From Vicinamibacterales bacterium (lineage in GTDB: Bacteria > Acidobacteriota > Vicinamibacteria > Vicinamibacterales > Vicinamibacteraceae), in NCBI GenBank assembly GCA_963844435.1, contig CAWJOG010000001.1:80201-144200 (forward strand): a DNA stretch of 64,000 nt, written 5' to 3'. Positions 18,174 through 29,009 of this stretch are shown here, piece by piece. The notes beneath the pieces were generated by a model that saw nothing but the letters and a program-made list of their open reading frames with translations, was not told where the DNA came from and made no database searches. The stretch's first letter is position 1. Each line of letters begins with the position of its first letter. Made by a program: the position numbers and the translations under genes.

Positions 18174-19988
18174 TCAGGCCGCCCGCACGGATCCGAAGAT
18201 CTGCAGCATCGCGAAGACGACGACGCCAGTGACCGAGACGTACAGCCAGATCGGGAACGTCCACCGGGCCACGCGCCGGTGGCTGGCGAAGCGGCCGGAG
18301 AGCGACAGGTAGAACGTCGACAGCACCAGCGGCAGCGCGACCACGGACAGCAGGATGTGGGAGATCAGGATCGCGAAGTAGATCGGGCGGACCACGCCCT
18401 GGCCGAGGAAGCGCGAGTCGCCGTGCAGCGCGTGGTAGGTCACGTAGGACACGAGGAAGACGCCGGACGCGGCCAGCGCCGTGAACATCCAGCGCTGGTG
18501 GACGTCCCGGCGGCCCCGGCGGATCGCCGCGAACCCGAGCACGATCGCGATCGCGCTGACGCTGTTGAAGAAGGCGTTGACGAACGGCAGCCAGCCGACC
18601 CAGGCCGGCTCCGGCCCGGCGACGCCGCCGCGATAGACCAGCACCAGCAGCGCCGTCGCGATGACCGCGCTGGCGATGCCGATCGAGACGATCCCGCCTC
18701 TCATATGGAGCCTGAACGCGATGACGGCCATCAGCGTCGGCAGCAGCGCGCCGACCAGCAGCCAGATCGGCAGCACCGCGCCGTCGAAGTAGCGGCCCAG
18801 AATCGCCTGGCCCGCCGGGTTCGGGGCATTGGCGATGACCGTCAGGCCGCCGCCGGTCACCGCACCTTCCATCACCGCGGCCTTCATGCCGTCGCTCAGG
18901 TTGGGCACGAGCGTCGACAGGTAGGTGATCAGCGCGTTGTCGTTGAAGGCCGTCAGGATCGTCGCGGTGGCGAACAGCGGCGTCTCGCTCAGGCTGGCGA
19001 GGACCGGCGCGATCCACCACGCCTGCAGGCCGCCGTGGATCACGAGGCCGGCGAGGAAGAAGCCGACCAGCAGCGGCGCCTTGAGCTCGACCCGGCTCTG
19101 ATACGGCGCCGTGGCGCGAACGAAGCCGAGGAAGATCAGGAACCCGCCGAGGAACAGCGCCGGATAGTGCGACGTGAAGACCGTCCAGCCCATGAAGACG
19201 ACATGGACGATGGTGATCCAGGCCGGCACCGGCAGCAGCACCAGTCCCGTGCTCGCGTCGTCCTCCTCCGGCACCTCGACGTCCGGCACTGCGCGCCGCG
19301 CGCCGAGCTCGGCCAGCTCCCGCCGGAAGATCAGCCCGTAGACGACGACCGACGCGACGATCGCCACGACGGCCCGCCAGCCGAAGTGCCCGAGCATGAA
19401 CGGCGTATCCCAGTTCCACAGCCGCGCCACCATCAGGACCGGCGGCGCCGCGAAGTGGGTCAGGGTGCCGCCGATCGACACGTTGACGAAGAGCAGGCCG
19501 AGCGTCGCGTACTTCAGCCGCGACGACGGCTGCAGGTCGTAGAACTGCCGGCCGAGGAGGAGGGCGCAGATCGTCATCGCCCCGGGCTCGGTGATGAGCG
19601 AGCCCATCAGCGGACCGACGGTCAGGATGATCGCCCACCACGTCGCCGGGGTCCCCTTCCCCACGCGCGCCAGCACGCGCAGCGCGTTCTCGGCCAGGAG
19701 GATGATCGGGCGCGTCGACGCGAGCGCCATGATCACGATCACGAACAGCGGCTCGGTGTAGTTGACGGTGCCGTTGAAGTAGCCCGCGGCCGTGTGCCAG
19801 CCGGCGTAGCTCGTGATCGCGACGAGCAGCACGATCGCCCACAAGCCGAAGACGACTTCGACCTCGCCGAGGAAATGGAGCGCTTCGGCGAGGACGCTGG
19901 GCACCTCGGGACGGCCGAGCTGCCGCTGCCGCTCGGCGTGGCGGTGCTGGAGCCCGGTGCGCCAGCGCCGTGAAGCGGGCGGCGGCAA
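18174..19988 (-). CDS. polytopic membrane transporter-like protein with a C-terminal DUF420-like 4-TM domain (fusion or two adjacent genes read through)
   Basis: ~470 aa with 10 or more TM segments and an AFNDNALITYL motif reminiscent of ArsB/NhaD-type ion-transporter permeases. The last ~130 aa (MFTALAASGVFLVSYVTYHALHGD...PIYFAILISHILLSVVALPLVLSTFYLSL...WTFPIWLYVSVTGVVVFAML) resemble DUF420/YozB. Confidence 0.55.
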   Translation of the reverse strand: MPPPASRRWRTGLQHRHAERQRQLGRPEVPSVLAEALHFLGEVEVVFGLWAIVLLVAITSYAGWHTAAGYFNGTVNYTEPLFVIVIMALASTRPIILLAENALRVLARVGKGTPATWWAIILTVGPLMGSLITEPGAMTICALLLGRQFYDLQPSSRLKYATLGLLFVNVSIGGTLTHFAAPPVLMVARLWNWDTPFMLGHFGWRAVVAIVASVVVYGLIFRRELAELGARRAVPDVEVPEEDDASTGLVLLPVPAWITIVHVVFMGWTVFTSHYPALFLGGFLIFLGFVRATAPYQSRVELKAPLLVGFFLAGLVIHGGLQAWWIAPVLASLSETPLFATATILTAFNDNALITYLSTLVPNLSDGMKAAVMEGAVTGGGLTVIANAPNPAGQAILGRYFDGAVLPIWLLVGALLPTLMAVIAFRLHMRGGIVSIGIASAVIATALLVLVYRGGVAGPEPAWVGWLPFVNAFFNSVSAIAIVLGFAAIRRGRRDVHQRWMFTALAASGVFLVSYVTYHALHGDSRFLGQGVVRPIYFAILISHILLSVVALPLVLSTFYLSLSGRFASHRRVARWTFPIWLYVSVTGVVVFAMLQIFGSVRAA

Positions 19989-20260
19989 AGGTGTGCAGGA
20001 TCGCCAGCCCGAAGATGGCCGATGCCACCGCGTTGAACGGCTCGGCGGCGATTCGCGCCGACAGGGTGTCCAGGAGCGAGGCGGCCGGCGGCGGGTAGCT
20101 GTCCAGGAGCCGGGGAAACGTGGCTGGGTTCGGGGGCGGTGAGCATGAAGTTCCGCTATTCTCCGCCAGAACCCGCGTATGCTGATACGGCCTCACCCCT
20201 TGGAGGCAGCCTGCCTGCAGTGCGCGCAGCCCGCCAGCTGCCGCGGAAGGAGTTGCGTCC

Positions 20261-22513
20261 AATGCGTCCGCTGACGTCGATGGTGTGCGTCGGGGTGGTG
20301 GCGATGACGGTCGTCGTGCCGCGGGCCCAGGTCCCGGAGGCGCAGCAGCCAACCGACTCGCCGACGTTCCGTGTCGGTACGCGCCTGGCGACCATCGACG
20401 CCGTCGTCGTCGATGACAGGGGTCAGCACGTCACCGACCTCAAACCCGAGGACTTCGAGATCGTCGAACGTGGAAAGTCGCAGGCGGTGCGACAGGTGGT
20501 CTACGTCCAGGTCATCGGTCCCGACGGACGGCCAGTCTTCCAGCCGACCGTGAGCCGGGGCTCCAGCGCCAGGAGCGCCCCCGGCGTCGCTTGATGCGGC
20601 GGCACGGTCCCGGCCGCTCGCCGGCGGCAACGGGCTCGCGTCCGGCAAGCGCGCCAGCCGGGTACTGGCGATCGTCGTCGACGATCTCGGCCTCTCGCAC
20701 GAGAGCACCGCCTACGTGCGGATGATGCTGACGCGCTACGTGGATACGAAGATCGCGCCCGGCGATCTCGTGGCGATCATCCGTACCGCCGGCGGGGTCG
20801 GCACGCTGCAGCAGTTCACGACCGATCGCCGGCTGCTGCACGCCGCCATCGATCGCGTCCGCTATTCGCTCCAGAGCCGCAAGGGCGTTGGCGCCTTCGA
20901 GGCCATCACGCCCCCGTCGAGCACCAGCCTGGTCACCAAAGTCGGCCAGACGATCGATGAGCTCCGGACCGAAGTGAACACGGCCGGCACGCTCGGCGCC
21001 CTCGAGTACGTGCTGCGCGGGATCGAAGAGCTGCCGGGACGCAAGAGCGTGGTGTTCGTCTCGGAGGGGTTCGACCTCGGCTTCCGTGACGCCAAGGCCA
21101 GTCGCTCGTGGTCGGCGTTCACGCGCGTGATGGACCGCGCCAACCGCGCCGGCGTCGTGGTCTACACGATGGATGCCCGCGGCCTGCAGACCGGCGGTCT
21201 CACCGCGGAGGACGACGCGCAGACCAAGAAGATCGCAATGCCGGGCGACGAGTGCGCCTGACCCAAGCCCGGTGGTCCGCGAGCGAGCCAGCGGCCGCCG
21301 GCGGGACCTGCTCGATTCGCAGGACTCGCTGGTCTACCTGGCCCAGCAGACCGGCGGCTTCGCGGTGCTCAACGGCAACGACCTGGTCGCCGGCATGGCC
21401 CGCGTGATCGACGACACGCGCGGCTACTACCTGCTCGGCTTCGACACGTCGATCCCCACGAACGAGCGGTGGGATCCGAACGACATCCGCATCCACGTCA
21501 AGCGGCCCGGGCTCACCGTGCGGGCGCGGCGCGGCCTGTTCGGGCCGGCCGAAAAGGAGCGCCCGCGCGACGCGACACCTGCCGATCCGCTGGTCGCCGC
21601 CACGCTGTCGCCCTTCGCCACCGGCGCCATCGATGTGCGCCTCACCACGCTGTTCGCGCACGACAAGACGGCCGGCTCGTACGTCCGGACGCTGTTCTTC
21701 ATCGATCCGGCCGGGCTGACGTTCGCGGTCGGCGCCGACGGCAGACATGAGGCCGACCTGTCCCTGCTGCTGCTCGCCGTCGGCGACAACGGGCAGACCT
21801 CCGCCCAGGTCCGCATCGAGGTGCCGCTCCGGCTCAATGACGACGACTACGCGCTGATGCGCCAGCGCGGTCTCCTCTACAGCGCTCGACTGGGGATCAA
21901 GGAGGCCGGCGGCTACCAGATCCGCGCCGCCGTGCAGGACGATCGCTCGAAGGCCATCGGCACGAGCGCCCAGTTCGTCGAGGTGCCGAAGGTCGGCAAG
22001 GACGTCGTCGCCCTCTCGGGCGTCCTGATGACCGACCTCACCTCGGCCATCGGCGGCGCGCCGGGTGAGCCCGCGATCGCCACGGCCATCCGGACCGACG
22101 CGCTCGCCGACGGCGTCCTCGGCGAGCCGGCGATCAAGATCTTCAAGCCCGGCAGCGAAGTCGTCTACGCCTTCGAGATCTACGATGGCCGCGGCAAGCG
22201 CAAGGACGGGTTCTCGACCCGCGCGACGCTGATCCGCGACGGCAAGGCGTTCTACACGACGCCGCCGGCACCGATCGGCGCCGCGCCGAGCGACGCCAAG
22301 CCGGTCGGCTCTGTACCCGTGGGCGGCAAGCTGTCGCTCGGCCGGGGTCTGCCGCGCGGCACCTACACGTTGCAGGTCAGCGTTGCGCCGCAGTCGGGCA
22401 AGGGCCGCGATCGGCCGGCGTCGCAGTGGGTCGACTTCGAAGCAGCTCACGGTCGCGGAGGACGGCAGCAAGGCCGTGCCCGCGATCCAGTGGGTGGACT
22501 TCGAGGTGCGCTG
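20261..22513 (+). CDS. VWA domain protein of the 'VWFA-related Acidobacterial domain' family (TIGR03436-like), paralog 1; at least 3 frameshifts
   Basis: Signal peptide, then the family N-terminal block PTFRVGTRLATIDAVVVDDRGQHVTDLKPEDFEIVERGKSQAVRQV. VWA/MIDAS region (VVFVSEGFDLG...VVVYTMDARGL). C-terminal WVDFEVR*. Fragments are in ORFs 20139-, 20716- and 21173-. Confidence 0.7.
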
Positions 22514-24584
22514 ATGCGAATCGATGCGAAGCTTGGAATCGCGGCCACTGCGCTCGCGCTGGCCGCCTGCCTGCTAGCGCCCGGCGTGACCGCGCGCCCC
22601 GGCGCCCAGGCGCCGGTGGCACAGGCGCCCGGCGGCCAGCCGACCTTCCGTGCCGGGACGCGCCTCGCCACCTTCGACGCGGTGGTCACCGATCGCAAGG
22701 GCCGTCACGTCACGGACCTGGCGCCCGCCGACTTCGAGGTGGTCGAGCGCGGCAAGCGACAGACGGTCCGCCAGGTGGCGTACGTCCACGCCGTGCGCCC
22801 GGATGGCGCGCCGACTGCGGTGGCGGGCGCTGACGCGCCGGCTGCGCCGGCGCCCGCCATGCCGGGCGCGCCGGGGCTGCCGTCGCGCGAGCAGACCGGC
22901 CGTGTGATGGCGATCGTCGTCGACGACCTGCGCATGTCGTTCCGCAGCACGGTCGACGTGCGGACCATGCTGAACCGCTACGTCGACCGGCAACTGCGGC
23001 CGGGCGATCTCGTCGCGATCATCCGGACCGCGGGCGGCGCCGGCGCGCTGCAGCAGTTCACCACCGATCGCCGGCTGCTCAAGGCGGCCATCGAGCGCGT
23101 CCGGTGGTCGGCGCGGGTCTGGCCGTTCAATCCGTCCGGCCCCTGGGAGGAGCAACGGCGAAGGGCTGGCCGATCGCTTCGAGCGCGACGTCACGCTGGA
23201 GGGCTCGCTTGGCGCCCTGGCGTACGCCGTGCGCGGCGTCCAGGTGCTGCCGGGACGCAAGACCGTGGTGTTCGTGTCGGAGGGTTTCTACCTGGCCACG
23301 CCAGACAACCGGCTGAACGACGCCCTGCCCGAAGTCGACCACGTCATCGACACCGCCAACCGGGGCGGCGTCGTCATGTACACCATCGATCCGCAGGGGC
23401 TCGTGAACCCAGTCATGGCTGAGTTCACGGCCCAGCGGTCACGGTCCGACCCGAGCTACACCGGCACGAGTATGGCACACGGTGGCGCCGGCCAGCTTCT
23501 TGGCGTCGAGGGCGCTGTTCGAGACGCAGGGGTCGCTCGAGTACCTCGCCGGGCAGACGGGCGGCTTCGCCGTCGTCAGCAACAACGACCTCACCGGCGG
23601 CCTCGCCCGCATCGGAGCGGACACGCGCGGCTATTACCTGGTCGGCTTCGACACAGCGATCCCATCGGGCGTGAGGACGGACAAGGGCGAGGTCAAGATT
23701 CGCGTGAAACGCAAGGACCTCGAGGTGCGGGCGCGCCGGGATCGCTTCGGCCCGGCCGACCCGGACGCGCCGCCCCCGACGCCACCGGCCGACCCACTGC
23801 TCTCGGCCGCGCTCTCGCCGTTCACGACCGGCGCGCTGGACGTGCGGCTCGCCGCGCTGTTCGGCCACGACACCGCGGAGGGCGACTTCGTACGCGCGTT
23901 CGTCGCCGTCGATCCGGCCGGACTCACGCTCGCCGAAGTTCCTGGAGGCGGGCGCGAAGGCAACCTGACGATGCTCGTGTTCGCCCTCGACGACGAAGGC
24001 GACGTGGTCGGCCAGGCGCGCGAGGTCATCGCCGTCCGGCTCGACGCCGACGCCTACAATCGGGCCCGGCAGCACGGCCTCCGCTACAGCGTCCGCCTCC
24101 CGTTCAAGAAGGCGGGCGGCTACCAGATCCGCGCCGCCATCCTCGACGAGCGCTCGCAGGCGATCGGCGCGAGCGCGCAGTTCGTCGAAGTGCCGCGCGT
24201 CGGCGACAAGCGGCTCGCCCTCTCCGGCGTCGTCCTGACCGAGGCGGACGCCGGCGAGAAGCCGATGACCGCGACGTTCGCCCGTGGCAGCCGGATCGAG
24301 TACAAGGGCACCCTCTACGACGGCCGGCGCCGCGACGGCGGCTTCTCGGTCAGCGCCACGGTGCTGCGCGACGGCAAGCTGGTTCACGCAAGCGCGCCTG
24401 CGCCGCTCGCCGGCGCGCCCGCGGACACGCCGGGGGTGGCGCCGATCCCGTTCCGCGGCACGCTGACGCTGGGAGACGACTTCACGCCCGGGCTCTACAC
24501 GCTGCAGGTCGACGTCGCGCCGGCGATCATCAACGGGAAGAAGAGCCGCCCGGTGCGGCAGTGGGTCGACTTCGAGGTGCGCTG
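22513..24584 (+). CDS. VWA domain protein of the 'VWFA-related Acidobacterial domain' family, paralog 2 (tandem duplicate); at least 1 frameshift
   Basis: Same architecture and near-identical motifs (QPTFRAGTRLATFDAVVTDRKGRHVTDLAPADFEVVERGKRQTVRQVAYV; ...WVDFEVR*). Its start overlaps the paralog-1 stop (TGATG at 22511-22515). Confidence 0.7.
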
Positions 24585-24689
24585 AGTATGTTGGCGGCCG
24601 GCCTCTCACGGCCGGCCGCGGGCCGCGCCTTGGCCGTGCGGTCTGCTATTCGCGACGCTGGGCGCGTCGCGGCGCCCGCACGCGCGCGT

Positions 24690-25822
24690 CTAGGCGGACG
24701 GCCGGCGGCGGAACGGGTGCGCGAGCTGGCGCAGGAAGCCGTCGGGCACGGGCCGGTCGGTGTGCACGCCATAGCCTGACGGCCACCGGCCCGCCGGCAG
24801 GTGGAACGTCCCGAACAGCCAGTCGAGCACCGGCAGGTGGATCGCGAAGTTCTTGTCCACGGCCTCGGGCTCGATGCCGTGGTGCCAGTGGTGGAAGCGC
24901 GGCGTCGCCACCAGCCACGCCAGCGGCCCGAACTCGAAGCGCACGTTGGCGTGGATGAAGGTGGCCTGCACGCTGACGAAGATCACGTAGGCGACCAGCG
25001 CGGCCTGATCGAAGCCGAGCACGTAGATCGGCACGTAGGTCAGGCCGCGCGTCACCGCCACGTCGACGAGGTGCAGGCGCGCGCCGGCGATCCAGTCCAT
25101 CGTCTCGGCCGAGTGGTGGATCTCGTGGAAGCGCCACAGCAGCGGCACGCGGTGGAAGGCGCGATGGATCCAGGTACTGGCAGACGTCGGTGAGCACGAG
25201 GATCTCGAGGAACTGGACGACGCCGGGCTGGCTCGACACCCAGGCCTGCACCTGGGCGCTCGCCGCCCAGTCGAAGAACACCATCGCCGGCCGCATCGTC
25301 AGCAGCGTCGTGAGCTGCAGCAGCAGCGCGCTCATCCCGAAGTACATCAGGTCGGTGCGCCACGCCGGCCGGAACACGTCCTGCTCCGGGCGCAGGGCGA
25401 AGAGCCGCTCGATGCGGCACGAACGTCGCCGAATAGAGCATCAGCGACAGCAGGAACCAGTCGAGGCCGAGGAACGGTCCCTGTGTCAGCTCGCCATCGA
25501 CCGGCACCTGCGAGCCGCCGAGCAGCGCCGCGGCCAGCGCGAAGCCGATGCCGCTGACGCCGAGCGCCTTGTTCTGGCGGAGCGTGACGCTGATCGCGCC
25601 GAGCACGAAGGCACCGACCAGCACGAGGTGCAGCAGCGCCCGCATGTAGGCCAGCGGATACAGCGCCCGCAGCTCGGGCACCGTGAAGATCGACGGATAG
25701 TGGAAGCAGACCACCGCGCCGAAGCCGATGAAGCCGAGCGCGGCGGCGAGCACGCCGCTGATCCAGCCGGTGCCGAAGTGGCGCGGCTCGATCGTGCGCA
25801 GCGTGAAGCGCCAGGGCCTCAT
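24690..25822 (-). CDS. fatty acid hydroxylase superfamily protein (sterol desaturase / C-5 desaturase-like, di-iron membrane enzyme); frameshift
   Basis: His boxes HRVPLLWRFHEIHHSAETMDW and PRFHHWHHG (HxxHH motifs of the FA_hydroxylase family). N-terminal TM region MRPWRFTLRTIEPRHFGTGWISGVLAAALGFIGFGAVV. Start overlaps the upstream gene stop (ATGA at 25819-25822). Confidence 0.7.
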
Positions 25823-26552
25823 CGCGGCGCCTCGTCGGCGCGCGGCACCAGCCCGGTGAGCCGCGTGACCACCCGTTCGAGGCCGGTGAAGAACCCGATC
25901 CGGGCGGTCCACGCGTTGTTCCAGCCGGTGGTGATGCAGTAGTGGGTCGCGTACGGCGACGCGTGATGGACTCGATGCGCGGCCGGCGGCAGGACGACGC
26001 GCGCGCGCTGCAGCCAGCGAACGGCGCGGGGCGGACGGACCATGTGCGCCCACTGATGCACCTGGTTGGTGGGGAGCGCCCACGCCGCCCAGGCGGTGAA
26101 GAACGTCGCCGCCGCCAGGCCGGCGCGTGACTCCGTCGGCAGCAGCCACGCGGTGGCCAGGAGCGGCAGCGCGAGCAGCGCCACGTCGCCGTTCAGATCG
26201 ACGAAGCCGCGGCCGAGCATGTCGGCCGGGTTGACGTGGTGGACACGGAACGGGCGCAGGAGGCGCGGCCCGATCACGGGCCAGGACTCGTGCCCCCAGG
26301 TATCGGCGACCCAGTGGACGACGCCGGACATGAGGTCGGCGACCACGCCGGCGGCCAGCACCACGATCGGCAGCCACCAGGCGAGACCGACGGCCGGACC
26401 CAGCCGGACGATCAGCAGCGTGAGCGCGATGGCCGCCGCGACGAGGCTGGCGAGCTCGATCGCCTGCGACGCGCGCGAGCCGGCCGCGAGGGCGGGCGGG
26501 CGACGGCGCCGGTCGGCTGCGGGGCGGCGATGAGGACGGGCCGAAGCTCCAT
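25819..26552 (-). CDS. TMEM189/CarF (Kua) family lipid desaturase-like protein (plasmanylethanolamine desaturase family); frameshift near 26450
   Basis: HWVADTWG...FRVHHVNPADM...HQWAHM...HRVHHASPYATHYCITTGW are the conserved His motifs of pfam10520, the TMEM189 / M. xanthus CarF family. Confidence 0.6.
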
Positions 26553-26577
26553 GGTTCCCTCGGCGCCCGCCGCCCGC

Positions 26578-27367
26578 CTATCTCGCGGCCAGCCGGGCGC
26601 GGGCCTTCTCGACGTCGCGATGGAAGACGAACAGCGGGTCGGCCTGCCCCTTGGGATCCTCGAAGTTCCAGGTGCGTCCGCCGCGCTTCTTCACCCGAAG
26701 GTTCTTCTTCAGGTAGTCGACGACAAAGATATCGACATCTTCGAAGCGCAAGGTGAACGCGTCTTCACGATTGGCCGTCTCGTAGCGCAGCCCCGCCGGA
26801 TCCGCGACGAGCTGCCCGCTGCACGAGCCCACGCCGTGCTTGTGGACCACCGGCACCGCGGCGTTCAGGCGGACGTCCTTGAACCGCACCTCGACTTCGG
26901 CCGGCGCCTCGCCGATCTCGATCGCCTGCGCGTGCCCCTCGTAGCCCTCGACCGAGACGTTCAGCCGGTGCGAGCCGGCCGCCAGCCCGTCGACGTCCAG
27001 CGGCGTGGTGCCGAGGAACTTGCGGTCGAGGAATACCGACGCCCCCGGCACGTCGCTGCGGACGCGCAGGACGCCGGCGGTGCGGGATGGAGCGGCGGGT
27101 GCCGTGGGCTCGGCCGGTTCACGCACCGGGGCCGGTCGATCGGTCGCGCGCCGGCGCCGTCTCGCGGGACGGAGCTGGTTCCCGCTTCGGGGAGGGACGG
27201 GGCGGCGCCGGCGCCTCCCGCACGGGCCCGTCGGCGCGAGGAGCGGGCGTTCGCTGGGACAGCACGAACCACGACCCGGCCGCAGCCACTGCCGCGCCCA
27301 TGAAGACCACCAGCAGCACCGGCCATCGCCGGGATCGCGGCGACGGCTCGTCGTCGAATACGCTCAT
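26578..27367 (-). CDS. membrane-anchored PEGA domain protein; frameshift
   Basis: N-terminal TM anchor (WPVLLVVFMGAAVAAAGSWFVL), Pro-rich linker, PEGA domain (VLRVRSDVPGASVFLDRKFLGTTPLDVDGLAAGSHRLNVSVEGYEG), and a conserved C-terminal domain of unknown function. Confidence 0.6.
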
Positions 27368-27427
27368 GCGGGGGCGAGTGTACGCGACACGCTGGCAAGT
27401 GGTCGACTCGAAGGGTAACGTCTAGCG

Positions 27428-27942
27428 ATGCGACCCTTCACCCTTCGATTCGTGGCGACGTCCCTGGCGGCGTTCGTCCTCGGCCTGGCCCTCCCTGCTG
27501 GCGGGCACGGGCCCAGGTCACCTCTCAGCCCGGGTCCCGCGCCCGACGGCGACGGCGTGATCCTGATCGGCGGGGCGACGACGCGCGACGGCTTCGTCAA
27601 GGGCCGGCCGCTGATCGAGACGGCCACCTACAAGGTGCACGCCAGCCGGCGCGACGGGCCGGGCATCGCCGAGGTCCACGCCGCGACACCGACATCTTCT
27701 ACGTGCTCGAGGGCACGGCCACGCTCGTGACCGGCGGCAGCACGGTCGACGGGAAGACCACGGCCCCGGACGAGATCCGCGCCGCCCGCCTCGAAGGCGG
27801 GACGACGCGCTCGCTCGCCAAAGGCGACATCGTGATCATCCCGAGCGGCGTGCCGCACTGGTTCCGTGACGTCCAGGCGCCTTTCCTCTACTACACCGTC
27901 AAAGTAACAGGCCCGGCCGCGACCGCCGGGAGCGGCCGATGA
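27428..27942 (+). CDS. secreted cupin domain protein; frameshift near 27690
   Basis: Signal peptide MRPFTLRFVATSLAAFVLGLALPAGG. Cupin motif DIFYVLEGTATLVTGG...KGDIVIIPSGVPHWF. Confidence 0.55.
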
Positions 27943-28220
27943 CACCCTCCGCGTCCGACGCGGCATCAAAGGCATCAGGAGAAGCGCCCGTGACGTGCCG
28001 CGATTTCGCCAACTTCCTGCTCGACTACGTCGAGAGTGAGCTGCCCGCCGACACGCGCCGCCGCTTCGACGAGCACATGGCCATCTGCCCTGACTGCGTG
28101 CAGTACCTCCAGCACTACACGGAAACGGTCAAGGCCGGACGCCTGGCAATGGCGGAGGACCTCCCGGCCGACGTTCCCGATGACCTCGTGAGCGCCATCC
28201 TCGACGCGCGGCCGCGCTGA
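27939..28220 (+). CDS. putative zinc-finger (zf-HC2) anti-sigma factor-like small protein
   Basis: 93-aa ORF. CRDFANFLLDYVESELPADTRRRFDEHMAICPDCVQYL is the canonical HxxxCxxC anti-sigma zinc motif. Confidence 0.5.
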   Translation: MTPSASDAASKASGEAPVTCRDFANFLLDYVESELPADTRRRFDEHMAICPDCVQYLQHYTETVKAGRLAMAEDLPADVPDDLVSAILDARPR

Positions 28221-28230
28221 GCGCTCGCGA

Positions 28231-28995
28231 ATGGACGTCCGGCAATTCATCGACGACGGCTTCGTCCGGATTCCACGGGCGTTCCCGCGGGAGACCGCCG
28301 ACGCGGCCCGCGCCATCCTGTGGCGCGATACGGGCTGCGATCCGAGCGACGCGTCCACGTGGACCCGCCCCGTCATCCGCCTCGCGATGTACGGGCAGGA
28401 ACCCTTCGTCGACTCCGCCAACACGCCTGTCCTGCACGCGGCCTTCGACCAGCTCGTCGGACCGGGGCGCTGGCTGCGGCGCGACAGCCTGGGCACCTTC
28501 CCGGTGCGCTTCCCGTCGCCGGACGACCCCGGCGACGCCGGCTGGCACGTCGACGCGAGCTTCGGCTACGACCATCCCGATTTCCTCGAATGGCGCGTGA
28601 ACATCCGCTCGCGGGGACGGGCGCTGCTGATGCTGTTCCTGTTCTCCGACGTCGGCGAGGACGACGCGCCGACCCGCATCCGCGCCGGCTCGCACGTCGA
28701 GATGGCTCGCATCCTCGCGCCGGCCGGCGAGGCCGGCCTGTCGCTGCGCGAGCTGGCGGCCAACGGCTTCGCGGAGACCGCGCACTGCCCGGAGGTTCTG
28801 GCAACCGGCGAAGCGGGCACCGTCTACCTGTGCCATCCGTTCCTCGTCCACGCCGCCCAGCCGCATCGCGGATCGCGGCCGCGATTCCTGGCCCAGCCGC
28901 CGCTGCTCCCCGCGTCGCCGTCGGGCCTCGATCTCGAACACGGCACCGCTCCGGTCGAGCAGGCGATCCGGCTGGCGCTCGACGCGCCGTCGTAG
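28231..28995 (+). CDS. phytanoyl-CoA dioxygenase (PhyH) family Fe(II)/2-oxoglutarate-dependent oxygenase
   Basis: Intact 254-aa ORF. It matches the PhyH-family pattern (GWHVDASF... HxD facial triad region, ...RIRAGSHV...). Confidence 0.75.
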   Translation: MDVRQFIDDGFVRIPRAFPRETADAARAILWRDTGCDPSDASTWTRPVIRLAMYGQEPFVDSANTPVLHAAFDQLVGPGRWLRRDSLGTFPVRFPSPDDPGDAGWHVDASFGYDHPDFLEWRVNIRSRGRALLMLFLFSDVGEDDAPTRIRAGSHVEMARILAPAGEAGLSLRELAANGFAETAHCPEVLATGEAGTVYLCHPFLVHAAQPHRGSRPRFLAQPPLLPASPSGLDLEHGTAPVEQAIRLALDAPS

Positions 28996-29009
28996 CCGCA
29001 TCCGTGGAA

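Noticed and set aside
18082-20352. 756-aa minus-strand ORF
   Set aside because: It is an off-frame overlap of the transporter/DUF420 gene and low-complexity Arg/Pro/Ala-rich, with no recognisable motifs.
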